A DNA stretch of 64,000 nucleotides. It comes from Nannocystales bacterium (GTDB taxonomy: Bacteria > Myxococcota_A > Polyangia > Nannocystales > Nannocystaceae). The DNA is taken from the NCBI GenBank assembly GCA_050633305.1, contig JBOEGF010000043.1, forward strand, positions 32,001-96,000, given 5' to 3'. Positions 9,099 to 18,465 of the stretch are shown here, in pieces. Numbering within the stretch: position 1 is the first letter of the stretch; each line of letters begins with the position of its first letter. The notes under the pieces were generated by a model. That model did not search any database, was not told where the DNA came from, and saw only the letters and a list, made by a program, of their open reading frames with translations. The translations under genes were made by a program, and so were the position numbers.

Positions 9099-11081
9099 TC
9101 AGAACGCGCACTGGTTTGTCGCCATGTTGCAGGTCGACCCCGGAGCGACGAACGGACACACGTCCCCAAAGAAGGACGTGCACGGGATTCCGCATGCGTT
9201 GGCGGTGTCGTCGTAGCAGATCTGCCCATCCCCACACTCGCTGTCGTTGTTGCAGCGACAGTTGAAGTCGTCGGGAATCCCGTTGCCGTTCTGGTCGGTG
9301 CCGTTGCAGCACTCGGTCACGTAGAAGTCGCTGGCGGCACAGTCGTCGTCGGCACAGTCGGCGACGCCGTCGCAGTCGTTGTCCTGTCCGTCGGTGCACG
9401 CCGCAACGCCAAACTCGGCAGTCGGGTTTGCGCCCCCGTTGCAGCCCGCGCACGGCGGGACGTTGGCGCAGTCGGGGTCGCCGCAGTCCGCGTAGATGTC
9501 CCCGTCGTTGTCGATGCCGTCGTCACAAATCTCGGGCGGGTTGGGGATGATCTCGACGTTGAACACGTAGTTGCCCTCGTTGGGTCCGCCGAACGGGTCG
9601 ATGGTGAACCCGTCGAGGAACACGAAGTAGGTGCCCGGGTACAGCAGCGTGAAGTCGAGCCGAGCCGAGAAGAACGAGCCGCCGGAGTCGTCGTCGCAGC
9701 CGACCTGGGCGCCCGCGGTACAGGAGCCCGCCCTCACGTATAGGACCGTGTCGAAGTCGCTGCCGATCGAGTCGAGGATCACCCGTGAGGGCTCGTTGAG
9801 GACAAACGAGAAGATCGCCTCTCCGGCCCCGCCGCCGCAGGTGCCCTCGTGGTTGTTGGTGTTGCCGAAGGTCTCGCCCGTGTAGGTCCCGGTTCCGGGG
9901 ATGAACTGGGCCGTATCGCAGGTGTTCTGCGACTGCTGGCACAGCGGCACGCCTGCGCATTGGGGGTCGTCGCAGTCGATCAGACCGTCGTTGTCATCGT
10001 CGAGGTTGTTGTTGCAGATCTCCGGCTGGGCTTCGCATCCAGGGGCGAAGGCGCAGGCAGGGTCGGCGCAGTCGATGATGTCGTTGCAGTCGTTGTCGAC
10101 CCCGTCGTCGCAGATCTCCGGGACGCAGTCGTCGCACTCGGGCGCCACAAAGCAGGCGGGATCGGCACAATCGACGAGATCGTTGCAGTCGTTGTCGATG
10201 CCGTCGTTGCAGAACTCGGGGGTCGGCGCGCCCGCGCAGGAGCATGGGAAGATCCCCTCACAGTCAGGATCGGCGCAGTCGATGAGGAGATCGCAGTCGT
10301 CATCCGCGTCATTGCTGCAGTCCTCGACCGCGTCCTGGCACAGGCAGCTCTCCGAGTCCGAGCACTCCGGGTCGTCGCAGTCGATCAGATCATCACAGTC
10401 GTCGTCGAACCCGTTGTCGCACAGGCCCGCCTCCGAGCTCGCGCAGCCACAGGCCGGGGTTCCGATGCAGTCGGTATCGAGGCAGTCGACCGTGGTGTCG
10501 CAGTCGTCGTCTTCGCCGTTGGTGCAGACCTCGCCACCGGGATCTGGGTCGCAGCCGCAGTCCGGGACACCGTCACAAACGGGGTCGAAGCAGTCGGCGA
10601 CGCCGTTGCAGTCGTTGTCGTCGCCATCGAAGCAGTCCTCGGCGGTCGCCGGGTTGGTGTTGGGGTTGAGATCGTTGCAGTCGTCGCCCCCACACTCCAG
10701 CGGCGGAAATCCATCGCCATCGGCATCGAGCAGGTCGTAGACGCAGGTGCCGTCGATGCACTGAGGTGCCTGGCAGGGGTCGTCGACGGGGCATTGGGCA
10801 GCGATCTCGCAGTCTTGCGGAAAGCCGGTGTCGTCTGTCGCAGTCGTCGTTGGATCTGTGATCGTGACGCTGGTGACCGGTCCGGTTGTGAGTGGATCGG
10901 TGGCGCCGCCGGTGGGTCCTGTCGTGACGTCGTCGTCGTCGTCGATCGGGATCGGGCTGCTGTCGCTTGCTGAGGCGCTGAAGCGAGCGATGTCGAGATC
11001 GGTGCGTCCGCAGCCGCCAGCGGCGAGGATGGCCAGGACTGGACCCCAATGCTTCAAGAAACCTAGCATTCCTACTGGCAC
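9099..11081 (-). CDS. Secreted Cys/Asp-rich repeat lipoprotein (MopE-like/metal-binding repeats plus PPC-like domain)
   Basis: Lipobox AGGC; about 8-9 repeats of E.C.NG.DDDCD.L.DC.DP.C; PPC-like SDFDTVLYVR..CDDDSG..GTYFVFLDG. Confidence 0.8.
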   Translation of the reverse strand: MPVGMLGFLKHWGPVLAILAAGGCGRTDLDIARFSASASDSSPIPIDDDDDVTTGPTGGATDPLTTGPVTSVTITDPTTTATDDTGFPQDCEIAAQCPVDDPCQAPQCIDGTCVYDLLDADGDGFPPLECGGDDCNDLNPNTNPATAEDCFDGDDNDCNGVADCFDPVCDGVPDCGCDPDPGGEVCTNGEDDDCDTTVDCLDTDCIGTPACGCASSEAGLCDNGFDDDCDDLIDCDDPECSDSESCLCQDAVEDCSNDADDDCDLLIDCADPDCEGIFPCSCAGAPTPEFCNDGIDNDCNDLVDCADPACFVAPECDDCVPEICDDGVDNDCNDIIDCADPACAFAPGCEAQPEICNNNLDDDNDGLIDCDDPQCAGVPLCQQSQNTCDTAQFIPGTGTYTGETFGNTNNHEGTCGGGAGEAIFSFVLNEPSRVILDSIGSDFDTVLYVRAGSCTAGAQVGCDDDSGGSFFSARLDFTLLYPGTYFVFLDGFTIDPFGGPNEGNYVFNVEIIPNPPEICDDGIDNDGDIYADCGDPDCANVPPCAGCNGGANPTAEFGVAACTDGQDNDCDGVADCADDDCAASDFYVTECCNGTDQNGNGIPDDFNCRCNNDSECGDGQICYDDTANACGIPCTSFFGDVCPFVAPGSTCNMATNQCAF

Positions 11082-11212
11082 TGTATCGAAGCCGCGCGCG
11101 GAGATCGAGGAGATCCATCCCGGCCCTCGGCCCAGGTGGGAAATCGGGGCTGTGTGGCGAGGGGTTGAACTTCAGGGGGAGAGCGGCGCCCCGGGGGTGG
11201 TCTTGTTGAGGG

Positions 11213-11380
11213 CCGGCCCGGATGCGGGTGCGGGCCGGGCTGGGTGCGGCGGGCGTTTCGGAGGTTAAAGCAACAGCCCCGCATAGCGGGCGCAAGCGGG
11301 GCTGGGTGCGGAGAGCGTTTCGGAGGTTAACGGCAACAGCCCCGCATGCGGGTGCAAGCGGGGCTGGGTGCGGAGGGCGG
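11213..11380. repeat. Tandem array of about three ~62-bp palindromic REP/BIME-like units
   Basis: Repeated CAGCCCCGCAT..GCAAGCGGGGCTGGGTGCGG..GCGTTTCGGAGGTTAA; first unit degenerate. Confidence 0.8.
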
Positions 11381-11381
11381 T

Positions 11382-11457
11382 CGTCGAAACCGTTGGTTTC
11401 GACGCTGTGGGGGGCGGTGATTGGAGACGGCCCCCGTCGAATCCGTAGGATTCGACG
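11382..11457. repeat. Two related perfect hairpins downstream of rpsI (possible terminator or stability elements)
   Basis: CGTCGAAACC-GTT-GGTTTCGACG (11382-11404) and CGTCGAATCC-GTA-GGATTCGACG (11435-11457). Confidence 0.75.
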
Positions 11458-11466
11458 TTTTCGACG

Positions 11467-11862
11467 TTACCGCTTCGAGAACTGGAAGCGTGCGCGGGCG
11501 CCCTTGCGGCCGTACTTCTTCCGCTCTTTCTTACGAGCGTCGCGGGTGAGGTAGCCGGCGGTCTTGAGCGGCTCGCGGTGCTCTTCGCTGACGCGAAGGA
11601 GCGCGCGGGAGATCCCCAAGCGGATGGCGGCTGCCTGACCGGAGAGACCGCCACCTTTGGCGGTGGCCCAGACGTCGTAGTCCTCGCGGGCGTTCGCGAG
11701 CTGGAGGGGCTGTTCGACCACCCGGAAGACCGTGGAGCGAGCCAAGTAGGCCTCGCCGTCACGCCGGTTGATGGTGATCTTGCCCTCGCCGTTCATGAGC
11801 CAGACGCGTGCAATTGCATTCTTGCGTCGACCGGTGGCGTAAAACCTCATGTTGTCCGTCAT
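11467..11862 (-). CDS. rpsI: 30S ribosomal protein S9
   Basis: YATGRRKNAIARV, GGGLSGQAAAIRLGISRAL, ERKKYGRKGARARFQFSKR. Confidence 0.99.
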   Translation of the reverse strand: MTDNMRFYATGRRKNAIARVWLMNGEGKITINRRDGEAYLARSTVFRVVEQPLQLANAREDYDVWATAKGGGLSGQAAAIRLGISRALLRVSEEHREPLKTAGYLTRDARKKERKKYGRKGARARFQFSKR

Positions 11863-11898
11863 CGTCAGAACCTTTTCAGAATCCGTGAAGAGAGCCGA

Positions 11899-12333
11899 TT
11901 AGGCTTCGACCTGGAGCGCCTTGAGGGGCTGCGCGGAGTGGGGATGCTCGGCGCCGGAGTAGACCTTGAGCTTCTTGTAGGTCTGTCGGCCCAGAGCGTT
12001 GCGAGGCAGCATGCGACGGACGGCGATCTTGATGACTTCCTCGGGCTTGCGCTCGAGAAGCTCACGTGCCGTTTCGTGCTTCATGTTGCCGATGTACCCC
12101 GTAAACCGGTGGTACTCCTTTTGGTCGAGCTTGCGCCCGGTGAACTTCACCTTGTCTGCGTTGATGCAAACGACAAAGTCGCCAGTATCCACGTGCGGGG
12201 TGAAGATCGGCTTGTGCTTGCCGCGCAGGACCGTTGCGATCTGCGAAGCTGCACGGCCCACCGTGAGCCCGGCCAGATCGACGATCCACCAGTCGCGCTG
12301 GACTTCTTCGGGTTTTGGGTACACCGTCGCCAT
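11899..12333 (-). CDS. rplM: 50S ribosomal protein L13
   Basis: WWIVD..GRAASQIATVLRGKHKPIFTPHVDTGDFV..KLKVYSGAEHPH. Confidence 0.99.
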   Translation of the reverse strand: MATVYPKPEEVQRDWWIVDLAGLTVGRAASQIATVLRGKHKPIFTPHVDTGDFVVCINADKVKFTGRKLDQKEYHRFTGYIGNMKHETARELLERKPEEVIKIAVRRMLPRNALGRQTYKKLKVYSGAEHPHSAQPLKALQVEA

Positions 12334-12516
12334 CGAGAGCGGGAGGCTTACGCGAGGCACCAATGGGTGTCAAGCTGGATCAGACGGCAGTCTTGCGACT
12401 ATTCGTGAGCCAACCAGGCCCTGGGTGCCCGGCATTTCGGAGAAGAAGCGGCACGAGTTGGAACCGAGCCGCGGTGGGACACGCGGGCTCGCGAAAACCC
12501 TGTATTATGAGGTTGG

Positions 12517-13500
12517 GTGCACGCGTCCCCCACTAGCGCGATCAAGGTCCTGGTCGCCGACGACTCGGAGACGGAGCGGCACGCTGCGCGGACCACGCTT
12601 CGCGCGGCCGGATATTCCGTTGTGGAGGCCTTTGATGGTCAGCACGCACTCGAGGTGTTCGCCCGGGAGCGGCCAGATCTGGTCCTGCTCGACGTCGTCA
12701 TGCCACGGCTGACCGGTCTGGAGACCTGCCGGATCCTCAAGGCCAAGTCTCAGTCGAGTTACCTCCCGGTCATCATGCTTTCGACCCGCAACTCGGTGAA
12801 CGCGAGGGTCGAGGGGCTGCGCTCCGGCGCGGATGACTATCTGGGGAAACCCTACGATGGCGATGAACTCGTCGCCCGCGTCGAGGCCCTGCTTCGTGCC
12901 CGGAAGGTACTGGGGGATACGGACGGATCCGCGAACGGATCCGGACACCCGACCCCATCCGGGCTTCGGGGCTCCTCCGAAGCCGTTTCGACTGCCGCTG
13001 GACCCGCTGGACCCGCTGGACCCGCAGCGGAAGGATCCGATCCCACGTTACTTCAAGTGGAAGACGCACAACGACGCCGCATGGAAGAGGAGTTCGACCG
13101 GGCGGAGCGCTACAGCGATCCGTTGGCGTGCCTCCGCGTCGCAGCGGACAACGGCTCGGTCCAGGATGCGCTTCGGTCGGTGATCGAGTCGAGCGTTCGC
13201 AAGATCGACATCGTGTTCGAAGCGGGGGACGAAGGCTTCATGCTCCTGCTTCCGAACACGCACTTTCCTGGGGCGCTCTCGGTCGCGGAGAGGATCTGGA
13301 AGGATGCGCGCACCACGTCCGTCGTGGGCAAGCTGATGTCGGTGAGCGTGGGTGTCTCCTTCTATCCCAACCGCGACACCCACTCGTTGCAGGACCTGGT
13401 GGATCTGGTGGAGGCCGCGCTCAAGCAAGCCCGCGAAGTCGGCGGGGGTAAGATCTGCCTCTACCAACACCAAGGCTACCTGTACGCTCCAGAGACGTGA
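12517..13500 (+). CDS. Response regulator with degenerate GGDEF domain
   Basis: REC: VLVADD, DLVLLDVVMP, GADDYLGKP; C-terminal EEFDRAERY..RKIDIVFEAGDEGFMLLLP..SVSVGVS. Confidence 0.85.
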   Translation: MHASPTSAIKVLVADDSETERHAARTTLRAAGYSVVEAFDGQHALEVFARERPDLVLLDVVMPRLTGLETCRILKAKSQSSYLPVIMLSTRNSVNARVEGLRSGADDYLGKPYDGDELVARVEALLRARKVLGDTDGSANGSGHPTPSGLRGSSEAVSTAAGPAGPAGPAAEGSDPTLLQVEDAQRRRMEEEFDRAERYSDPLACLRVAADNGSVQDALRSVIESSVRKIDIVFEAGDEGFMLLLPNTHFPGALSVAERIWKDARTTSVVGKLMSVSVGVSFYPNRDTHSLQDLVDLVEAALKQAREVGGGKICLYQHQGYLYAPET

Positions 13501-14360
13501 TGTCTGCGGTCGACTCCATCGGTCCCGTACGGGTAGCGGTGCTCTCCCCCAGTGACGACCCGCGCGCTGTCGAGGCTGCGTCGGTCGCCCGGGCCTGGCT
13601 GCAGGAGCACGGGGTTCAGACGCTGCAACCGAATGAGCTCATCGAAGCGGGACCCAGTGCGCCCAAGTGCGACCTCGCGATCGCGCTGGGCGGCGACGGG
13701 ACCTTGCTGAGAACGGCTCGCTTGGTCGCCGACGAGGAGATTCCAGTGTTGGGGGTCAACCTCGGCACGCTGGGTTTCTTGGCCGCGTACGCAGCGTCGG
13801 AGCTGACGGACGCACTCCAGGCTGCCTACGACGGGACGTTGGGTTGGGAGCCACGACTGCGGGTGAAAGTGGAGGTCGAGCGCGATGGCGAGATCGTTCA
13901 GTCTCAGATCGCGTGCAACGACTGCTACGTCAAACACGGCGTGTCGCCTCGCATGCTGCAGCTCGTGTCCGAGGTCGGCGGCTCGAAGATGGCCGAGTAC
14001 CGCGCAGACGGGCTCATCATCTCTACGCCGATGGGTTCCACCGCGTACAACTTGGCCGCGGGAGGACCGATTGTGGACTCGGGCACCCAGACGTTGGTGA
14101 TCACGCCGATCTGTCCGCACAGTCCGACGCATCGGCCTGTGGTCATCGCTGCCGACCGTGAAGTCCGAGTCCGGTTCTGCGGGCCGACCGGGGAGGGGGC
14201 GGCGACGCTGTCTGTCGACGGTCAGTGGGGCATTCCGCTCGAGGTCGGTGACACGGTCACCGTGACCCAAGCGGAAACGCCGCTTCGGCTGGTGCCACCG
14301 CGTTCGACGGTGTTCGAGGTTCTGCGCGCAAAGCTCGGTTGGTCCGGCGCCTCGGTCTGA
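13497..14360 (+). CDS. nadK: NAD kinase
   Basis: LGGDGTLL, GVNLGTLGFL, ADGLIISTPMGSTAYNLAAGGP. Confidence 0.96.
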   Translation: MMSAVDSIGPVRVAVLSPSDDPRAVEAASVARAWLQEHGVQTLQPNELIEAGPSAPKCDLAIALGGDGTLLRTARLVADEEIPVLGVNLGTLGFLAAYAASELTDALQAAYDGTLGWEPRLRVKVEVERDGEIVQSQIACNDCYVKHGVSPRMLQLVSEVGGSKMAEYRADGLIISTPMGSTAYNLAAGGPIVDSGTQTLVITPICPHSPTHRPVVIAADREVRVRFCGPTGEGAATLSVDGQWGIPLEVGDTVTVTQAETPLRLVPPRSTVFEVLRAKLGWSGASV

Positions 14361-14480
14361 GGACATTCCTTCGTCCCGCCGGGGCGAGCCTTAGCCTCGC
14401 CATGAACCTCGGGAACACGGCCGCAACGGCCGGCTGGCGGCCGCGCGCGCTGTGGGTTCGCGCGACGGCAGGCAGCTGCT

Positions 14481-16208
14481 ATGAGGACCGCCATGCTCTC
14501 GTACCTGCGCGTTCGTGGTTTGGCGCTTCTCGACGATGTTGCGCTCACCTTCGAGCCGGGGATGAACGTACTCACCGGTGAGACCGGGGCGGGCAAGTCG
14601 ATCATCGTTGGGGCCTTGGCGCTGCTCCGTGGGGCCCGCGGCCGCGCCGAGCTCGTGCGCGACGGCGATGCGTCGGCGACCGTCGATGCTCAGTTTGAGC
14701 CACGCACGGGTTCCCGCGATCGGTTGCTCGCGGCCCTGGCCGACCATGGCCTGCCCAGCGATGATGCCGACGCGTTGGTCCTTCAGCGGGTTGTTGCGCG
14801 CGCGGGCCGGGGCCGCAGCTTCGTGCAGGGAGCGCTCACCACTCAGTCGGTGCTCGGTGGCCTCGGCGAAGAGCTGATCGACATCTGCAGCCAGCACGAA
14901 CATCACTTTCTCACCCATGCGAGTCGGCACCTCGACGTGCTCGACGCGTACGCGGGCAACGACGCGGCACGGGCTGCCTATGGCGAGCAGTACGGCGCAT
15001 GGAAACAAGCCGAAGAAGACCTCGCGAGTCTGCGGGAGAGGATGGCGGACGGCGCGGCACGGGCCGACTACCTGCGATACCAGCTCGAGGAGATCGACCG
15101 CATCGCGCCGGAGGTCGGCGAACTCGATGCGCTCCGCCGCCGAGTGAACGTGCTGCGTGGCGCCCGCGACTGGGTGAACTTTGCCCACGAGGCGCAACAC
15201 GTCCTGTACGAGTCCGACGGTGCCATCGCATCCTCGCTGGGAGGGCTCGCCGAGCGTGCTCGCGACGGGGCCGAAGACTCCACGACCATCGCGGACCTGG
15301 CCGAGCAGCTCACCGCGGCTTCCATGGCGGCCGAAGAAGCCGCTGCGTTGGCAGCCCGACTGCTCGCCGAGCTCGAGTTGGATCCCGTGGAACTCGAGCG
15401 TGCCGAAGACCGTCTTCACGAACTGGAGACGTTGCGTAGGAAACACGGCGTCGAGCTTGACCAACTCCTCGAGCGGGTCACGGAGATGCGAGCCGAGCTG
15501 GCCGCGATGGAGAACGCGGACGACCACCTTCTGGCGCTTCAAGCTCGGACCGACGAGCTGTCTCGCGCCGCTGCCAAGGCGGCTCGTGGGTTGGGGCAGC
15601 GTCGGCGCCGGGCAGCCGCGGGACTGGCTCGGGCTGTGGAGACCGAGCTCGCCGCGCTCAGCATCAAGAACGCCAAACTCGAGGTCCAGATCGGAGCCGC
15701 CGAGTTGTCGGCATCGGGTGGCGACGCGGTCGAACTCCTGTTCTCCGCCAACGCCGGCGAGTCGGTCGCGCCGCTGCGCAAGGTCGCGTCCGGGGGCGAG
15801 CTGTCTCGGGTACTGCTCGCGATCAAAGGGGTGCTGGCCGCAGGCGATCGAGTCGCGACCTACGTGTTCGACGAGGTCGACGCTGGCGTCGGTGGAGCGG
15901 TCGCCGAAGCCATCGGCCGACGCCTCAAGCGTGCGGCGGCCGAGCACCAGGTCCTGTGTGTCACCCACCTCCCGCAGATCGCGGCCTTTGCGGATGCCCA
16001 CTTCCGGGTCGAGAAAAAAACCTCGAAGGGTCGAACGACGACCCGGGTGGTGTGTCTCGATGAGGGACAGCGGGTCGAGGAACTGGCCCGAATGCTGGGC
16101 GGAAAGCGGGTGACCCAGTCTGCGCGGGACCACGCCGAGGCACTGATCAAAGCAGCCAAGGGCGCGAAAACAGGTCAGGGAACCCCCCGTAGAGCATCTC
16201 GGTCCTGA
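14481..16208 (+). CDS. recN: DNA repair protein RecN
   Basis: LTGETGAGKSI, SQHEHH, ASGGELSR, FDEVDAGVGG, CVTHLPQIAA. Confidence 0.98.
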   Translation: MRTAMLSYLRVRGLALLDDVALTFEPGMNVLTGETGAGKSIIVGALALLRGARGRAELVRDGDASATVDAQFEPRTGSRDRLLAALADHGLPSDDADALVLQRVVARAGRGRSFVQGALTTQSVLGGLGEELIDICSQHEHHFLTHASRHLDVLDAYAGNDAARAAYGEQYGAWKQAEEDLASLRERMADGAARADYLRYQLEEIDRIAPEVGELDALRRRVNVLRGARDWVNFAHEAQHVLYESDGAIASSLGGLAERARDGAEDSTTIADLAEQLTAASMAAEEAAALAARLLAELELDPVELERAEDRLHELETLRRKHGVELDQLLERVTEMRAELAAMENADDHLLALQARTDELSRAAAKAARGLGQRRRRAAAGLARAVETELAALSIKNAKLEVQIGAAELSASGGDAVELLFSANAGESVAPLRKVASGGELSRVLLAIKGVLAAGDRVATYVFDEVDAGVGGAVAEAIGRRLKRAAAEHQVLCVTHLPQIAAFADAHFRVEKKTSKGRTTTRVVCLDEGQRVEELARMLGGKRVTQSARDHAEALIKAAKGAKTGQGTPRRASRS

Positions 16209-16322
16209 CGGCCGGTCCTCGGAGACTAAAATGGGGGCACTTGACCCCTTTGTACTGGTTGGAGACGGGTCCCTGACCCGGAATGAGGCGATTCCCTGGG
16301 GCCTGTGGACCCCCAAAAGGCG

Positions 16323-16351
16323 TTGACACCTGACCCCTACGCACCTACAGT
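16323..16351 (+). promoter_or_regulatory. Sigma70-type promoter
   Basis: TTGACA-17 bp-TACAGT upstream of the 16445 gene. Confidence 0.7.
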
Positions 16352-16444
16352 CCTCGACGACGGGGGCCAACGAAGGTGCGCAAAGTCGGAGATTCACCGA
16401 CGTGGCGGCACCTCGAGTCAGGCCTTGTGCGTAAGGGGAACACC

Positions 16445-17905
16445 ATGAAAATCAACAAGCGATTCGCGACTCTCTCTCTTGCTGCGTTCATCCTGGCCAC
16501 AGGCTGCGACGATGGCGCCGACAACGAGCGCACAGACGCCGAGGCCCAAAAAGCCGAAGACGACTCGCGCGAGGTCACCAAACTCTCGGGCCAACTGCTC
16601 GACACCGATGGCAACCCGATCGCGCACGCCGAGGTCTCGCTCGCCGTGGGTTCGGTCGAAGTGACCGCTCGAACGATGACCACGGCCGAGGGTCTGTATG
16701 CGGTCGATGTCCCCGTTGCGGTGGTCGACGAAGCCCGCGCCAACAGCCAGGAAGTTGCCGTCCTGTTCCACACCCCGACCAACGACCTCGAGCCCTACGG
16801 CACGGTCCAAGGCGACTACGTGCACTTGCTTCCAGCTTCGCTGGACGAGTTCATCAACATGGACGAGCTGGGTGCCGAAGAACTCGAGATGCGCGTGGCC
16901 TACGTGCCGCGTCAGGGCCAAGGGTTCAAGATCACCGACGAGCTCATCGAGAAGGGCGGCGTGTTGACCTGGTCCCCCGAGGGAACCCAGTACGGCGAGG
17001 ACTTCAGCGTCAGCCTCGTGATCGAGCCGGGCTCGATTCACAAGGGCCAAGACCGCCAGGACGAGATCACGCTGACCGTGCTCGAGCAGGCTGTCGCTCC
17101 GATGCAGATCCCCGAGGACGGGTTCGGCCCGCTGTGGACCATCCAGCCCCGCGACATCACGTTCGATCCCCCGGCCCGGATTCGCATCCAGGGCAACCGA
17201 CTTCCGGTGCTCGGCCCCAGCGACATGGAGGTTGGCCAAGAGACCGACCTCTACGGCGCGTCACTCGAGACCGGCTGGAAGTACTTCGGCGGCATCGAGA
17301 TGGTCGAGGACCGCGATGGCATCGTCACTCTCGAGTCGACCGAAGGCATCATCTCCCACGGAGCGTGGGGCCACGTGTTCGGTGCGTCAGGCTCGGACTG
17401 GGGCTTCCTCGCCGAGTGTTTCTCGTTCCCCGGAGAAGGCGAAGAGCCGTTCACCACGCGCATCCCGTGCGCCATCGTGGACGACAACCGTCAGTCTTGT
17501 AACGACCCGGCGACCCACACCGGGATCCTCAAGTGCGAGCAGATCGACTACAACGGCCAGCACGCGCGGGTCTACTCGACGGTGACGGAGCCCCGTTGCA
17601 ACGGCTGCGGTGGCGTCAACGCCCCCTACGTACTCGCCATGGGCGCCGACGACATCGGTGCTGGTGACCTGAGCTCGGTCGACTTGCGGCTCAAGGCGGT
17701 GGCTCTGTGCCCCGAAGAGACCACGATCACCGACATGGACGAGCTGTTCGCTTCGATCCGGGCACGACGTGGGCAGCAGGCGAGCAACCTCGCCGACCTG
17801 TACGATGTCGCCGAAGACTCGGTCGATGCAAACCTCGCGTGGCGCAACTTCTCCAAGCAGGCCAAGGTCCAGGTTCGGCCTCCAATCGGCTGCGCTGGCG
17901 AGTGA
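16445..17905 (+). CDS. Lipoprotein with carboxypeptidase-regulatory-like and possible ZU5-like domains
   Basis: AAGGGG RBS; lipobox LATGC; LSGQLLDTDGNPIAHAEV; WTIQPRDITFDPPARIRI; Cys-containing C-terminus. Confidence 0.7.
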   Translation: MKINKRFATLSLAAFILATGCDDGADNERTDAEAQKAEDDSREVTKLSGQLLDTDGNPIAHAEVSLAVGSVEVTARTMTTAEGLYAVDVPVAVVDEARANSQEVAVLFHTPTNDLEPYGTVQGDYVHLLPASLDEFINMDELGAEELEMRVAYVPRQGQGFKITDELIEKGGVLTWSPEGTQYGEDFSVSLVIEPGSIHKGQDRQDEITLTVLEQAVAPMQIPEDGFGPLWTIQPRDITFDPPARIRIQGNRLPVLGPSDMEVGQETDLYGASLETGWKYFGGIEMVEDRDGIVTLESTEGIISHGAWGHVFGASGSDWGFLAECFSFPGEGEEPFTTRIPCAIVDDNRQSCNDPATHTGILKCEQIDYNGQHARVYSTVTEPRCNGCGGVNAPYVLAMGADDIGAGDLSSVDLRLKAVALCPEETTITDMDELFASIRARRGQQASNLADLYDVAEDSVDANLAWRNFSKQAKVQVRPPIGCAGE

Positions 17906-17909
17906 GCTG

Positions 17910-18458
17910 ATGCGACGGGGGACCTTCGATGTCCCGCAGCGCTCGAGGGTCGTCGCAGTCGCGGCGGCCCTCTTCGCGATGACGGGGTTCGGCTGTGACG
18001 GCGAGGCGATGACGCCGGCGAGCGAAGACGGCACGGGCAGCGGGGCACCGGTCCCCGCGTTTGATGGCGTGCTGGAGTTGGGTTCATTCTCGGAGGCTCG
18101 AACGTTCGTGCCCTACGAGGGCGGCGAGGAGGAACTCGTCGAACAGGGCCTGCAGGGCGGGTTTCACATCTTCGTCGACGGTCGACTACGGCCGGACTCG
18201 GAGCTCACGGAGGTTGTGGTCGAGCTTGTGGTCACGGCGGTGGCCGACGGGTCCGAGGTCACGCGTATTCGCCACCAGCGGACGCCCGACATCCCAGACT
18301 CTCAGGGCTGGCCGACGCTCCCCGAGATGATCATCTTCATCCCCGATCCGGAGGTTGTCGAAGACCAAGATGTCGTCCTCGACGTCTCTCTGGAGGCTAT
18401 CGACGGCACGCTGCTGGATGTGGTCGACACCCAGCTGCACCTGGGCGCCGACTACTGA
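17910..18458 (+). CDS. Lipoprotein of unknown function
   Basis: Lipobox GFGC; GLQGGFHI motif; 4 bp after the upstream gene. Confidence 0.7.
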   Translation: MRRGTFDVPQRSRVVAVAAALFAMTGFGCDGEAMTPASEDGTGSGAPVPAFDGVLELGSFSEARTFVPYEGGEEELVEQGLQGGFHIFVDGRLRPDSELTEVVVELVVTAVADGSEVTRIRHQRTPDIPDSQGWPTLPEMIIFIPDPEVVEDQDVVLDVSLEAIDGTLLDVVDTQLHLGADY

Positions 18459-18465
18459 GACGCGC

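Noticed and set aside
11213..11380. Possible CRISPR array
   Set aside because: The sequences between hairpins are near-identical rather than unique spacers, there are only about three units, and there are no cas genes in the window
12995..13026. 9-bp tandem repeat (GPA)x3 as a collagen-like domain
   Set aside because: Too short; a simple slippage repeat in an interdomain linker
14391..16397. Long antisense ORFs (e.g. opposite recN; also 18355-20163, 43525-45924, 56169-57596)
   Set aside because: Shadow ORFs expected from high-GC codon bias opposite well-supported genes; no recognisable motifs
16360..16420. Possible c-di-GMP-I riboswitch (contains CGCAAAG)
   Set aside because: Lacks the GGCAAA..GAAA first stem and the tetraloop-receptor arm; kept only as a generic leader hairpin
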